This document shows, piece by piece, positions 10,157 through 19,162 of a stretch of DNA of 64,000 bases. The notes under the pieces were generated by a model. It was not told the origin of the DNA, did no database searches, and saw nothing but the letters and a program-made list of their open reading frames with translations. The position numbers were made by a program, and so were the translations under genes. Each line of letters begins with the position of its first letter. Within the stretch, counting starts at the first letter, position 1. The DNA comes from a virus: positions 36,946 through 100,945 of the IMG/VR virus record IMGVR_UViG_3300035664_000005, one strand, 5' to 3'.

Positions 10157-10588
10157 ATGTCAGCATCAGCACCCCTTCTTCTCCCAATGACAGTCACAGG
10201 CGCATGTGCAACAACTTCAACAGTTGTCGCTCGCACTCCTGTTGCAGGTCGTGTCCGTGGCATCACAGTTGCAGTTGGTACTGCTCCTGCGGGTTCGGTT
10301 TTGAGTGGAACAGTTCGTAAGGCAACTTCCTCTGGAACTGTTATTGGAACTTGGTCAATCGCCGCTGGAGCAACTTCTGCTGTAGCGACAATGTCATCCA
10401 CAGATGGTGCTGACGAACTCGCAGCAGACGATCTCGTTCTTTTGGTTGTTGGTGCAGTTGGTTCGGGTACCGCTGGTTCTAACTTGACCGCTCTTCTTCA
10501 GATTGATCAGTCAGCAGACCAAGACGGTTCAGATGTTGTTGCAGTAGCAACACTTCGTGGCAACCACCCAGGTAGCGTTGTAGCCTGA
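10157..10588 (+). CDS. Small beta-rich protein, possibly structural (head decoration-like)
   Basis: GGAGG RBS; Ala/Thr/Gly/Val-rich; codon usage like the capsid and sheath genes; followed by a hairpin. Confidence 0.55.
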   Translation: MSASAPLLLPMTVTGACATTSTVVARTPVAGRVRGITVAVGTAPAGSVLSGTVRKATSSGTVIGTWSIAAGATSAVATMSSTDGADELAADDLVLLVVGAVGSGTAGSNLTALLQIDQSADQDGSDVVAVATLRGNHPGSVVA

Positions 10589-10627
10589 TAATTAAGTAAG
10601 TAAAAGAGAATTAAACCCGACAAACTT

Positions 10628-10665
10628 TTAGTCCCCCACTTCCGTGCAGGTCGGTGGGGGACTAA
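10628..10665. terminator. Hairpin terminator between convergent genes (probably bidirectional)
   Basis: ttagtcccccac...gtgggggactaa inverted repeat. Confidence 0.7.
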
Positions 10666-10671
10666 TTGTAT

Positions 10672-11037
10672 TTATGGGCGTAAAAATGTTATAGCGACTC
10701 TCTCGCTTGCCCTCACAAGCAAAAACAATGCTTCTGTTTGTGTGTGTGTCAAACACCATTCCGATATCTCTGTATCAGTAACAAGTTCCAAATATTCACA
10801 AAAGAATCTTGCCCTACCACACATAAACGGTGGCACCCCGCATTCTTCTGCTTCCATGAAGCCTTCTGCTAAAAGTTTTTCTTTAGCGCCACACGCTAAA
10901 AGTATTGCGCCCCATATGTCTATTTCTTTTGTGTATGGGTCGTAGGTTGCGTGGTTGGAGAACCCGTGTTCTTTTATGTAGTCAACAGCCTTGTCGTAGA
11001 TGCTGTCAGCGCCAAGTTGTTTTAAGGTTGGGAACAT
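10672..11037 (-). CDS. Hypothetical protein
   Basis: 121 aa ORF in the RNR operon. Confidence 0.65.
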   Translation of the reverse strand: MFPTLKQLGADSIYDKAVDYIKEHGFSNHATYDPYTKEIDIWGAILLACGAKEKLLAEGFMEAEECGVPPFMCGRARFFCEYLELVTDTEISEWCLTHTQTEALFLLVRASERVAITFLRP

Positions 11038-11297
11038 TATTCTTTTGAGATTCCCTTTTTACTACAAAGATCGGCATATGCATGGTTTGGGGTTTCCCCT
11101 ATTCCTACAGTCTGCTTGTATTCGTCGGTGAACAGATCAACGGCTTCGCAGTCATCACCTTCAAAATAGTTGAGCATCGCTTCCGTGAACTCATCGCACT
11201 CTGCGAATGCAAGCCACTTCCCACCCTCATATATCCCCCCATACCTCGCTTCCCTTATGACGACGGGGTAAAGGTTGATCCGTTTGTGAGTCATTTC
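11037..11297 (-). CDS. Hypothetical protein
   Basis: ORF coupled to the RNR stop; YPVVI..ARYGGIYEGG.W.A motif. Confidence 0.65.
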   Translation of the reverse strand, partial: EMTHKRINLYPVVIREARYGGIYEGGKWLAFAECDEFTEAMLNYFEGDDCEAVDLFTDEYKQTVGIGETPNHAYADLCSKKGISKE

Positions 11298-13224
11298 ATT
11301 TGATCGGACATGCACCTGTTGCACAGTCATCAAGCGATAATTCTGAACCTGTTGCCTGACTTAACGGCAAAGATGGATCAATTTTTTTCACAAGTGCATC
11401 ATAATCGGCTTGGCTGATCTGTTCATATGGAGGAAGCGGGAAGTTGTGGTCTGCGTGTAGGAGAAATGATACCGATTTGACACCAGTGTCATAATTTTTT
11501 GACAACCATTCTTTGATTGATTCAAGTTCTTCTTTTCTATAATAAACAGTTACAGACACGGCGTTGTCCGCCCACTCTGTCTGCATTTTTTTGACCCATT
11601 CAAGTTGTTCTACTGCCGTCATGTTCTCGGCGAGAACCGCATTATCTGGTGACTTGCATGGGAACTCAACGACATAGCGTGAGTGGTCTTCTCTGCCGTC
11701 AATACCGATATCCCAAACAACCTTGTGTCCTCTCGCACGCAAGCCTGTCACAAGGGCGTCAGACGCACCAAAACGCACCCTACGGATGTAGAACGGCGCG
11801 AATGCGGGATGAATGCCCGGAGTGATACCGGGGAGTAAGGAGAGCGTCCCTGACGGTTGGACAGTGGTAAGTCTGACGGAACGAGGGAAGCCTTTTTCCT
11901 TTGAGTAATACATGTCAAATTCGTCTAGGTGTCTGTAAGCCTCATCTAGCCAAGAAACTTGCTCTGCTGAAGCCTGTAAAACGCCAGAGATGCTTTGTCC
12001 TAGTCGTGCGTTTTTCGCAACGATTGCGTTTGTTTTTGCATAAGGGTAGGCAAGACGGGTGATCTGTTTTTGAACCATGTAAAGAAGTTCGGATATTTCT
12101 TTTAATTGTTTGATGTCGCAGATATTGGGTAGGAATATGGTTGAAAGATTGCATGACTCTCCATCGCCTAAACCAATTTCGGCACATGGGTTGAAACCTT
12201 CAATGGTTTTATCTGCTCGTTCTTCTTTAAGTCTTCCGAACTTGCGGGCGAGACGGCGATTTACAAGACCGTAAGGTTCGCCACCACCCGTATAGCCCTT
12301 CCATAGTTCGGGCATGATGTGGTCGTAGTAGTCGGCATAGATGCTGTTGTTTGAGTTGGCTCGGTAACCGGGGATGTCTCCCGAAGCCCAATTTTTTGCT
12401 CGCAAAAACAGAACATCGTCGGGGTCGCCGATAGCGATCTGTGCGGAGCGTCGTGATGAGCCTGAGACAACCACACGACCGATTATGTTGCAAATGTCTA
12501 GGACATCAATTGAGCGAAGTTTCTTTCCCTCTCTTGCTTCCATCACTCGGCAGATGTCTGCAATCCCGTCCACCAATGCGCCGGGTCCGCTTGCTGTGCC
12601 TCCAAATGTCTTGAGGGGTGCACCAAATTCTCGGATAAGAATCGTTGAGTATGAGAATGATTTACCTGTATCAAAATATGACTTCAATACGCTGTGTAAT
12701 AGTCTTCGCCAACCTTGACGAGAATCAGGGACAATAATGTCTGCGTCGTTTGAACGCTCGTGAGTGATTTTTACATTAGGGAGAACCTTTGGAAGATCGT
12801 GAATTTTTGCTCGTTCCACCGAGAATCCGACACCACCGCCGAGCATGAGGTGGTCAAAAAGAAATTCAAAATCTTCTACCTTTTCTATGTTTACGAAATA
12901 GCAGTTATTGAGCGAGGCGGCGTTGAATTGTTTGATGAGTGGAGTTCCGAGTTGCCAAAGAGCACGACCCGAGAATGATCCACGCAGGTTGAAGACATGA
13001 TCAAAAAGTTTTTCTGCTTGAGTTTTGGTGAGCGGAGTTCCAATGTCTATGGCTCCGTTAACACAGCGTTGAACGGTTTCTAGCCAAGTTTCGTTGCGAT
13101 TAAGGTCTTCAATGCGTCGCGAATATGTGCGAAGGTATACAACTTCGCCTAGCCCATTAAATCCCCAAGGAGGTGTCTGAGTCTTGTATTGGTCAACAAA
13201 TTCTTGGGATAGGTGAGCGGTCAT
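11296..13224 (-). CDS. nrdJ: Class II (adenosylcobalamin-dependent) ribonucleotide reductase, monomeric RTPR-like
   Basis: YLRTYSR, SGRALW, NNCYF, GGGVGFS, RRSAQI, NPCAEI, TTVQPSGT, C-terminal CATGACPIK; no beta-subunit gene nearby. Confidence 0.92.
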   Translation of the reverse strand: MTAHLSQEFVDQYKTQTPPWGFNGLGEVVYLRTYSRRIEDLNRNETWLETVQRCVNGAIDIGTPLTKTQAEKLFDHVFNLRGSFSGRALWQLGTPLIKQFNAASLNNCYFVNIEKVEDFEFLFDHLMLGGGVGFSVERAKIHDLPKVLPNVKITHERSNDADIIVPDSRQGWRRLLHSVLKSYFDTGKSFSYSTILIREFGAPLKTFGGTASGPGALVDGIADICRVMEAREGKKLRSIDVLDICNIIGRVVVSGSSRRSAQIAIGDPDDVLFLRAKNWASGDIPGYRANSNNSIYADYYDHIMPELWKGYTGGGEPYGLVNRRLARKFGRLKEERADKTIEGFNPCAEIGLGDGESCNLSTIFLPNICDIKQLKEISELLYMVQKQITRLAYPYAKTNAIVAKNARLGQSISGVLQASAEQVSWLDEAYRHLDEFDMYYSKEKGFPRSVRLTTVQPSGTLSLLPGITPGIHPAFAPFYIRRVRFGASDALVTGLRARGHKVVWDIGIDGREDHSRYVVEFPCKSPDNAVLAENMTAVEQLEWVKKMQTEWADNAVSVTVYYRKEELESIKEWLSKNYDTGVKSVSFLLHADHNFPLPPYEQISQADYDALVKKIDPSLPLSQATGSELSLDDCATGACPIK

Positions 13225-13298
13225 TACGTCCTCTTTCGGCGCATAGGGCAATATGGGTAAAGAACCATATTACAGCACCCCGCATTTTCAGTAAAATC

Positions 13299-13592
13299 CT
13301 AATTACGGGTAAGGTTATATTTTCTTGCTTCGGTCAGCGAGATTATTTGACCTTTAGCGAATTTCCGTACTTTTGCGATAACACCAGCAGATACTTCCTC
13401 GGGGACAAAGAAATCTTCTTCTACTCTGAATGTTTGCCTGTCATCTAATGATTGAAAAATACCTAAGCCAAGAAGTTTTTCGGGGGGTTTATGCCCTTTG
13501 GGCACACAATTCCCTGTTGGGTCACCACAGACAATGCACGGCTCTCCTGTGGCACGAAGAATCTCTATATCACCATAGATGTATTCAGGCAT
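13299..13592 (-). CDS. Hypothetical protein (CxxC...C motif)
   Basis: PCIVCGDPTGNC; TATCAT -10 element 5 nt before the ATG. Confidence 0.6.
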   Translation of the reverse strand: MPEYIYGDIEILRATGEPCIVCGDPTGNCVPKGHKPPEKLLGLGIFQSLDDRQTFRVEEDFFVPEEVSAGVIAKVRKFAKGQIISLTEARKYNLTRN

Positions 13593-13619
13593 AAACAATG
13601 ATACATCGTGCCCCCAAAA

Positions 13620-13647
13620 GGAAAAGGAGCACCTTGCGGTGCTCCTT
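13620..13647 (-). terminator. Rho-independent terminator
   Basis: Minus strand: aaggagcacc-GCAA-ggtgctcctt then a T-rich tail, downstream of ORF 13693-13938. Confidence 0.75.
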
Positions 13648-13692
13648 AGTCATTCCTTCTATGCGGGGGGCATAGACTTTTTGCCCCAAGTG

Positions 13693-13938
13693 TTATCCCT
13701 TGGTTGCGAACTTGTTTTCTGCTTTCATTGCCTTCATTTCCTCTGCGAACAGTTCCTCAAATTCGTCGGTGTATCGTGTTTGAAGAACAAACGATGCTCG
13801 TCGTTTTGCCTCGTTGCGACGCTTTGCTTCAATCTTCCGAAGTTCTGCGCGTCGTACACGCTCTTCTGCGGGGAGTGGTTTGCGACCGCGGCTCACGCCG
13901 AGTTTCTTTTTAAGTTGCTGATATGTCGTTGTAGCCAT
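13693..13938 (-). CDS. Small basic DNA-binding-like protein
   Basis: RGRKPLP followed by an Arg/Lys/Glu-rich helix; AAGGAG RBS; own terminator. Confidence 0.65.
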   Translation of the reverse strand: MATTTYQQLKKKLGVSRGRKPLPAEERVRRAELRKIEAKRRNEAKRRASFVLQTRYTDEFEELFAEEMKAMKAENKFATKG

Positions 13939-14080
13939 TATGGGCTCCTTGTCTTTCTATTTAGTTGTTTATGTATTTCTTACAAAAGAGATACTAACTA
14001 ATGGCTTGATGAAAAACAACCCGATATTTAGGAAATATCTAAAAATGTTTTTCCCTTTATCCACAGGGGTTTGAGCGGAG

Positions 14081-14110
14081 TTGCTAAACCCCATCTATGG
14101 GGGCTACACT
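14081..14110 (+). promoter_or_regulatory. Sigma-70/SigA-type promoter with a palindromic spacer
   Basis: TTGCTA-18 nt-TACACT; the spacer contains the inverted repeat CCCCAT-ct-ATGGGG. Confidence 0.5.
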
Positions 14111-14155
14111 TACGGTATAAGTAATATACCTACAAATACTAAAGAAAGAGAAACA

Positions 14156-14644
14156 ATGAAGACATCTTTAATAACCCCGCCAACGGTAAGGAACCTAGAA
14201 GAAGCAAGAGAACAATGTCTTGAATACGACGCGGTTTTGACTGCGGGTCCGTATCGCGATGAGGTTAGAAACTTCAATCACCCTATTCACAAAGTCGTTG
14301 AATTTAGCGACACAATGTTTGAGGAGCACGGCGGACCGACATATGAGGACATCGTTGAACTCGTAGAGTTTGGTGTAGGCGTCCCAAAATTGTTGGTGCA
14401 TTGTCACGCGGGTATTTCCCGTTCAACAGCAACAGCATGGGGAGTGGCGATAGCAAACGGTAACGATCCGTTAGAAGCATTTCTATACCTTCAAGATAAA
14501 CACCCTGAAGAGAAAGGGTTTTTTAATCAAGGAAAACGACCATTCGCACCGAATATCTTGATCGTCAAACATTTGGATAAGTACTTTAATCTTGGTACGA
14601 CACTCTTGGAAATTCGTCATAAGCATTCCGAATCAGGTTGGTAA
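14156..14644 (+). CDS. Cys-based (CX5R) tyrosine/dual-specificity phosphatase
   Basis: LLVHCHAGISRSTA P-loop; FSD acid loop; PN motif. Confidence 0.85.
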   Translation: MKTSLITPPTVRNLEEAREQCLEYDAVLTAGPYRDEVRNFNHPIHKVVEFSDTMFEEHGGPTYEDIVELVEFGVGVPKLLVHCHAGISRSTATAWGVAIANGNDPLEAFLYLQDKHPEEKGFFNQGKRPFAPNILIVKHLDKYFNLGTTLLEIRHKHSESGW

Positions 14645-14648
14645 AGTA

Positions 14649-15620
14649 ATGAAAGTTTTTTGGAACGAAAACTACACATCCATCAAATATGATTTTGATA
14701 CATCAAGAAAATCTGACGATATTGTCAATTTGATTAGCAAAAAAGTTTTGGAAACCCCTGCAAAAGTTCGTGTATTGCAGGATGTCCCAACAATAGAGAT
14801 AGTTGACCCCGAAAAGGCAACCGACATCTCAAAGACTGAACAACTAATTAAAAGATGGTTGAGTCCTCAATATGTTGAGGCATTGAAAACAAACAACGAC
14901 TCACGGCTATCGCAGAGTCAAGGTTTTGAATGGTGTTCAAACACTTACAAGTTTGCGCGAGCACATACACATGGACTGATCGCATCAGTTGATGAAGTCT
15001 TGGCAAACGGGGGGAGAAGCGGAAGCCTTTCTTCAGGTTTGCATCACGCATCAAAAACTGGTGGTGCAGGGTTTTGTACGATCAACGGCATAGCACTGTC
15101 AGCAATTTACGCATATGAACAAGGTCTTGAACCAATAGTTTTAGATTTTGACGCACATTGCGGTGGTGGCACTATGGACTTCTTGAAAACCTTCAACGGG
15201 GTTTTACAAACCCAAAACAAGATTTTTGGAAAATCAACACCTCCGATCCGTCACATTGATTTATCAACTAACTACTTTGACGAATACGACATTGAAGTTG
15301 ATGAAACTTGGGCAAACTTACATGTTCTTGATTGGGAAGAAGATTATTTAGAAGAAATACAAAAATCCCTCTCATTAGCGGAGCCGTTTATGACTGATAA
15401 AACTATATTTATCTACAATGCAGGGATTGACCCGATTGGTTCACATGAGATAGACGAAGAAGTTATAGCGCAACGGGAGAAGATTGTTTCGGAGTTCATC
15501 GGCGGTCACAAGGCTATCTTTGCGTTAGCGGGTGGATATTCGGATATATCAACAACAAGAGAAGATGTAGCAAAAATGCACCTCAAAACGATTTACGGTT
15601 GGTCATGGCAGACGAAATAA
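14649..15620 (+). CDS. Zn-dependent histone-deacetylase-family amidohydrolase
   Basis: SGLHHA, GFC..NGIA, LDFDAHCGGGT, YNAGID, LAGGY: HH dyad, DxH...D zinc ligands and catalytic Tyr are all present. Confidence 0.88.
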   Translation: MKVFWNENYTSIKYDFDTSRKSDDIVNLISKKVLETPAKVRVLQDVPTIEIVDPEKATDISKTEQLIKRWLSPQYVEALKTNNDSRLSQSQGFEWCSNTYKFARAHTHGLIASVDEVLANGGRSGSLSSGLHHASKTGGAGFCTINGIALSAIYAYEQGLEPIVLDFDAHCGGGTMDFLKTFNGVLQTQNKIFGKSTPPIRHIDLSTNYFDEYDIEVDETWANLHVLDWEEDYLEEIQKSLSLAEPFMTDKTIFIYNAGIDPIGSHEIDEEVIAQREKIVSEFIGGHKAIFALAGGYSDISTTREDVAKMHLKTIYGWSWQTK

Positions 15621-15871
15621 TTCACGGGCTATACGCCACATACACAAACACCAAATGCAGGTGCTCGTTGTGCAAAAAAGCCGCGGCGGAATATATGCGT
15701 GGCTACAGGAAAACTTCCACAGGTAAAAATAACGCGAAGTTTCATCAGATCGTTGCCAATAAACGCTCACAAATTGCTATCAAATGGATTAAGGAAAACC
15801 ATCCTCAGCAATGGGATAAGATATGTTCGCGAGCCATAAGAATTGTTGAAAAACAAGAAAGAGGAGAATGA
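15605..15871 (+). CDS. Small zinc-binding protein
   Basis: HG..TY...CRCxxC motif. Confidence 0.6.
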   Translation: MADEIIHGLYATYTNTKCRCSLCKKAAAEYMRGYRKTSTGKNNAKFHQIVANKRSQIAIKWIKENHPQQWDKICSRAIRIVEKQERGE

Positions 15872-15872
15872 A

Positions 15873-16106
15873 ATGCCTTACGGCGCTGACAATATAGAAA
15901 ATCGTTTTGATGACTTTGTGGAAGAAACAAACAAAAAGATAGAAGAACTTGAAGCAAAAGTTCGCTTCCTTGAGAGTGAACTCGGTAAAAACAAAATAGA
16001 CAGTAAATCAATTATCAACATCACTAATCAGGAAATCAAAAGTTCTCTTGGTTCTACGATCAAAACAATTGGCGACATTGTCAAGAAAAATAATTTAAAA
16101 AAATGA
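15873..16106 (+). CDS. Coiled-coil hypothetical protein
   Basis: GAGGAG RBS; heptad pattern. Confidence 0.55.
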   Translation: MPYGADNIENRFDDFVEETNKKIEELEAKVRFLESELGKNKIDSKSIINITNQEIKSSLGSTIKTIGDIVKKNNLKK

Positions 16107-16690
16107 ACAAATATGTGGGTGACAGCAATCAGGAAGCATTCGTACTGGATGTTCTTGACTACAAAAGAGATGGTTTCTATGTTGAACTTGGCGCTTTTCA
16201 TTCCTCTGAAGGAAGCAACACTTACGCTCTAGAAAAGTCGTTCGGTTGGCAGGGTGTTTCTTTTGAACTAGTTGATGAACGCCGTGAAGAGTTCATTCAA
16301 AATAGGTCAAACCCGTGCATGGGTGATGCCCTCAATTTTGATTACATAAGTTATTTTCATAACAATCACTTTCCGAAACAGATTGACTACCTACAAGTTG
16401 ATATTGACTCAGGGTACGACAGGGCTACTAGACCTATCGGGAATCATTACACAACACTTTTGGGTTTAATCACCGTCCCCTTAACGCAGTACAGATTTTC
16501 TGTAATAACTTTTGAGCACGACGCCAATATGTATTTCCGTAACAGCGGGCAGAGGGATGCTCAACGAGAGATACTTGACTGTCTTGGCTACACCTTGGTA
16601 ACTAGAACGATTCATGAAGATTGGTGGGTTGATCCGATAGTCGTAAGCCCTGATATGTATAAGAAACATATGAGGTGGGAGACGCTTTAA
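16103..16690 (+). CDS. FkbM-family SAM-dependent methyltransferase
   Basis: GFYVELGA...SNTY.LE..GW.G, IDYLQVDID, VITFEH, EDWWV. Confidence 0.8.
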   Translation: MNKYVGDSNQEAFVLDVLDYKRDGFYVELGAFHSSEGSNTYALEKSFGWQGVSFELVDERREEFIQNRSNPCMGDALNFDYISYFHNNHFPKQIDYLQVDIDSGYDRATRPIGNHYTTLLGLITVPLTQYRFSVITFEHDANMYFRNSGQRDAQREILDCLGYTLVTRTIHEDWWVDPIVVSPDMYKKHMRWETL

Positions 16691-16691
16691 T

Positions 16692-17249
16692 ATGTCCAAC
16701 CCGTACCTGCCGTTCATTTACTTAACAAATTTTCTTTCCGCAAATACTTTTCAAGAAATTCTTATTCAGGCTAAATCCTCTGAGGGAATGTCATCCGAGC
16801 AAACCCCACATTTAATGAATCTTGCGAATGTCAACACTTTGGATGTTCAATCACAGATCCGCAATATATACCCTCGTTACCATCAAAACGCAGGGCTCAA
16901 AATAAAGGGCGGAAATGTCCTTGTTTTTTCCGACAACCGAGGCATGGATGTCCATCAAGACAATGTGCCCAACAAAGACTATCCCAACGATCCAGATGTT
17001 GGCTTCAAACCTAATGCGTCTGCTATCTACTATCTGAATGATGATTACGAAGGAGGGGAGATCTGTTTCACGACAGAGCGTCCTAGTGAACCGCAATCAT
17101 CAACAGATAATCCAAATCTCAAAAATTTGTTCACTCTGAAACCGCAACCAAATTCGTGCGTGTTTTTTGATGCTTCGCTGTGGCATTGGGTTAGACCTGT
17201 AACCAACGGCAAACGGTTCTCTTCAACATTCTTTTTACTAGTTGAATAA
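16692..17249 (+). CDS. 2OG-Fe(II) oxygenase (prolyl-4-hydroxylase-like)
   Basis: HQD...YLNDDYEGGE...HWV.PV..G.R. Confidence 0.85.
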   Translation: MSNPYLPFIYLTNFLSANTFQEILIQAKSSEGMSSEQTPHLMNLANVNTLDVQSQIRNIYPRYHQNAGLKIKGGNVLVFSDNRGMDVHQDNVPNKDYPNDPDVGFKPNASAIYYLNDDYEGGEICFTTERPSEPQSSTDNPNLKNLFTLKPQPNSCVFFDASLWHWVRPVTNGKRFSSTFFLLVE

Positions 17250-17266
17250 AGCGCTAATGTAGTTAG

Positions 17267-17425
17267 ATGCTTGAAAAAACATCTTTAGCCGAAACCGAAT
17301 TTAACGCTCTTTACAATAACAATACTCGTGCTTTACAAGACGAGATAGCGTTGCTCAAATTGAAAATTAGCGAACTCCGAGGTCAAATAGATTGGCTAGA
17401 ACGAGAAAACGCTAAACATCTATAA
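17267..17425 (+). CDS. Small coiled-coil protein (52 aa, not in the ORF track)
   Basis: MLEKTSLAETEF...LQDEIALLKLKISELRGQIDWLE; TAATGT -10 element 6 nt before the ATG. Confidence 0.55.
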   Translation: MLEKTSLAETEFNALYNNNTRALQDEIALLKLKISELRGQIDWLERENAKHL

Positions 17426-17575
17426 CTATTGTTTTCTGTTCCTAACTTCCTCATTAGGGCTCAAATCTTTTAACATCTCAGCAACACGCTTGTATTGTTC
17501 TTCAGGGCTCAACTTAAAAAATTGTTTGTCAACTTTTTTTGTTCTTTGAATAATCTTATCTGTTGGCTTAGCCAT
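17426..17575 (-). CDS. Small protein (49 aa, not in the ORF track) following the 273-aa gene
   Basis: MAKPTDKIIQRTKKVDKQFFKLSPEEQYKRVAEMLKDL...; AGGA RBS; last gene of the head operon. Confidence 0.5.
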   Translation of the reverse strand: MAKPTDKIIQRTKKVDKQFFKLSPEEQYKRVAEMLKDLSPNEEVRNRKQ

Positions 17576-17578
17576 TGA

Positions 17579-18400
17579 TCATTTCCTTTCCGATTCGTCA
17601 AGTATTACTATACGAAAATTTTCAAGAGATGCCAATTTTTCGCTTATTGTTCGTTTTCTCGGGATTGAAGGGATAAGCAGATCAACAGTCCGTGGGATGG
17701 ATTTATAAATGTCCATGATGTCATCAAAAAGTTCAAGGGGAAGCGTTTCTGAACCATTCCCATCCGCTTTAATCATTGCCTTACTCCAGTCACCTGTTTT
17801 GGCGGCAATCTTTACTTCTTCAAGATGGGCTACATAAAGTTGGTTTTGTAATGTCCCTAGTTTTGACGCTCGTGCAAGGTTTTCTGGTGTGCTGTCGTAA
17901 ATGTCGGAAGCATCCAAATAGAACATTCCTTCGTCTACCCAACCCCCAATTCCAACTTCTCGCGCGCCTTCTAAAGGGTTATCAAAAATTTCTTCACCGT
18001 GATAAGTCAGCCAAGACATCACAAGCCTTATCGCTTCATCGGTTGGTTGACCATCATCGTCGTACATTTCCGAGGCTGGTTTTTTAATTCCATGCTTGTT
18101 TCGTCCGATTGCAATGCCTTTAACGATGTCATCTTTTTGTGTTTTCTCTACAGTAAAGCCGCCCTCGTTCGCCTTGAGCAGCATTTGTTTGATGCGTTCT
18201 TTTCGTTCAGGATTTTCCTTAACAAAGTTTCTAACTTTTTTTCTTGCTAGGTTCCTAGCGATTTCAATAGCCGCGCCAATTGGGACATTGTCTTCGTCGC
18301 CGAGGGTGAACATACCATCGCCATCGCCATCTTTGGGTACTTTGTCTGAGGAGAAACCACCAATTGGTGTACCAAGTATCTTGTATAAAAGTTTGCTCAT
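17579..18400 (-). CDS. Head-region protein with a LGTPIG...DGDGDG leader and a possible SAM-lyase-like domain
   Basis: KILGTPIGG..DGDGDG..EDNVP leader; GGFT...IGGW....YLD.S...A..LG..Q domain. Confidence 0.55.
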   Translation of the reverse strand: MSKLLYKILGTPIGGFSSDKVPKDGDGDGMFTLGDEDNVPIGAAIEIARNLARKKVRNFVKENPERKERIKQMLLKANEGGFTVEKTQKDDIVKGIAIGRNKHGIKKPASEMYDDDGQPTDEAIRLVMSWLTYHGEEIFDNPLEGAREVGIGGWVDEGMFYLDASDIYDSTPENLARASKLGTLQNQLYVAHLEEVKIAAKTGDWSKAMIKADGNGSETLPLELFDDIMDIYKSIPRTVDLLIPSIPRKRTISEKLASLENFRIVILDESERK

Positions 18401-18403
18401 GGG

Positions 18404-18751
18404 TTATTTTGCTTTTACGACTCCGTCAGGGATGACAGCGAACCTACATTTTCCTTCAGGGGCGACAGGGAGCGAGATTATCTTGCACGAAGTACCGCCT
18501 TCGTATAAAACACAATTAGAACACTTGACGCCTATCTGTGCCACTTCATTTTTTGATGGATCATCATAACCAGCCCATACACCTGTGTAATCTTGATTGA
18601 ATTTTCCATATTTTTGAGTGATTTGGATAAGCGAATCAGCAAGTGCTTGTTCTTCGGGGTTAAGAGTTGGTGTTTGTGGTTTAGATATGGCAATCATCCT
18701 CATAGGCATTTGCGACATCAGCATCTCAATGAACGATTTTTCTGTTGTCAT
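18404..18751 (-). CDS. HiPIP-like Cys4 domain protein
   Basis: CSNCVLY....CKII...V.PEGKC. Confidence 0.55.
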   Translation of the reverse strand: MTTEKSFIEMLMSQMPMRMIAISKPQTPTLNPEEQALADSLIQITQKYGKFNQDYTGVWAGYDDPSKNEVAQIGVKCSNCVLYEGGTSCKIISLPVAPEGKCRFAVIPDGVVKAK

Positions 18752-18752
18752 T

Positions 18753-19160
18753 TTATTTTGTTTCCTTTTTGAACTCTGCCCAAGTTTTATCTCCGACGCC
18801 ATAGTATTCTCTAGCGTTCCCTGACTGAATCATGTCAATATTAAGACACGCTGTTTGAGGGTCATCAATTTTGTCTGAAGAATAAATTCTTGCCAAAACA
18901 CGACCATACTTGTCGCTCTTATCAGGAATTGTGTTAACAAAAACCCATTTATGATTCGTGATCCAATCCTCAACAAACTTCTTTGCCTTCAACCCAAGTT
19001 CCTTTTCTTTCAAATCTTTTGTCCGTGATTCAGGGGTGTTGATACCATATAAACGAACACGGATTTTATGATGAACGCTAAAACCAAGATCAACCATTAA
19101 ATCAACGGTGTCGCCGTCAACTACTTTGAGAATTGTTGCTCCGTACCAAAATCTTTCCAT
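18753..19160 (-). CDS. Thermonuclease (SNase-like)
   Basis: KVVDGDTVD, RVRLYGINTPES, DKYGRVLA. Confidence 0.9.
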   Translation of the reverse strand: MERFWYGATILKVVDGDTVDLMVDLGFSVHHKIRVRLYGINTPESRTKDLKEKELGLKAKKFVEDWITNHKWVFVNTIPDKSDKYGRVLARIYSSDKIDDPQTACLNIDMIQSGNAREYYGVGDKTWAEFKKETK

Positions 19161-19162
19161 AA

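Noticed and set aside
11296-13224. Intein or intron in RNR (also checked TerL and primase-helicase)
   Set aside because: Lengths are normal and no splice-junction or homing-endonuclease motifs were seen
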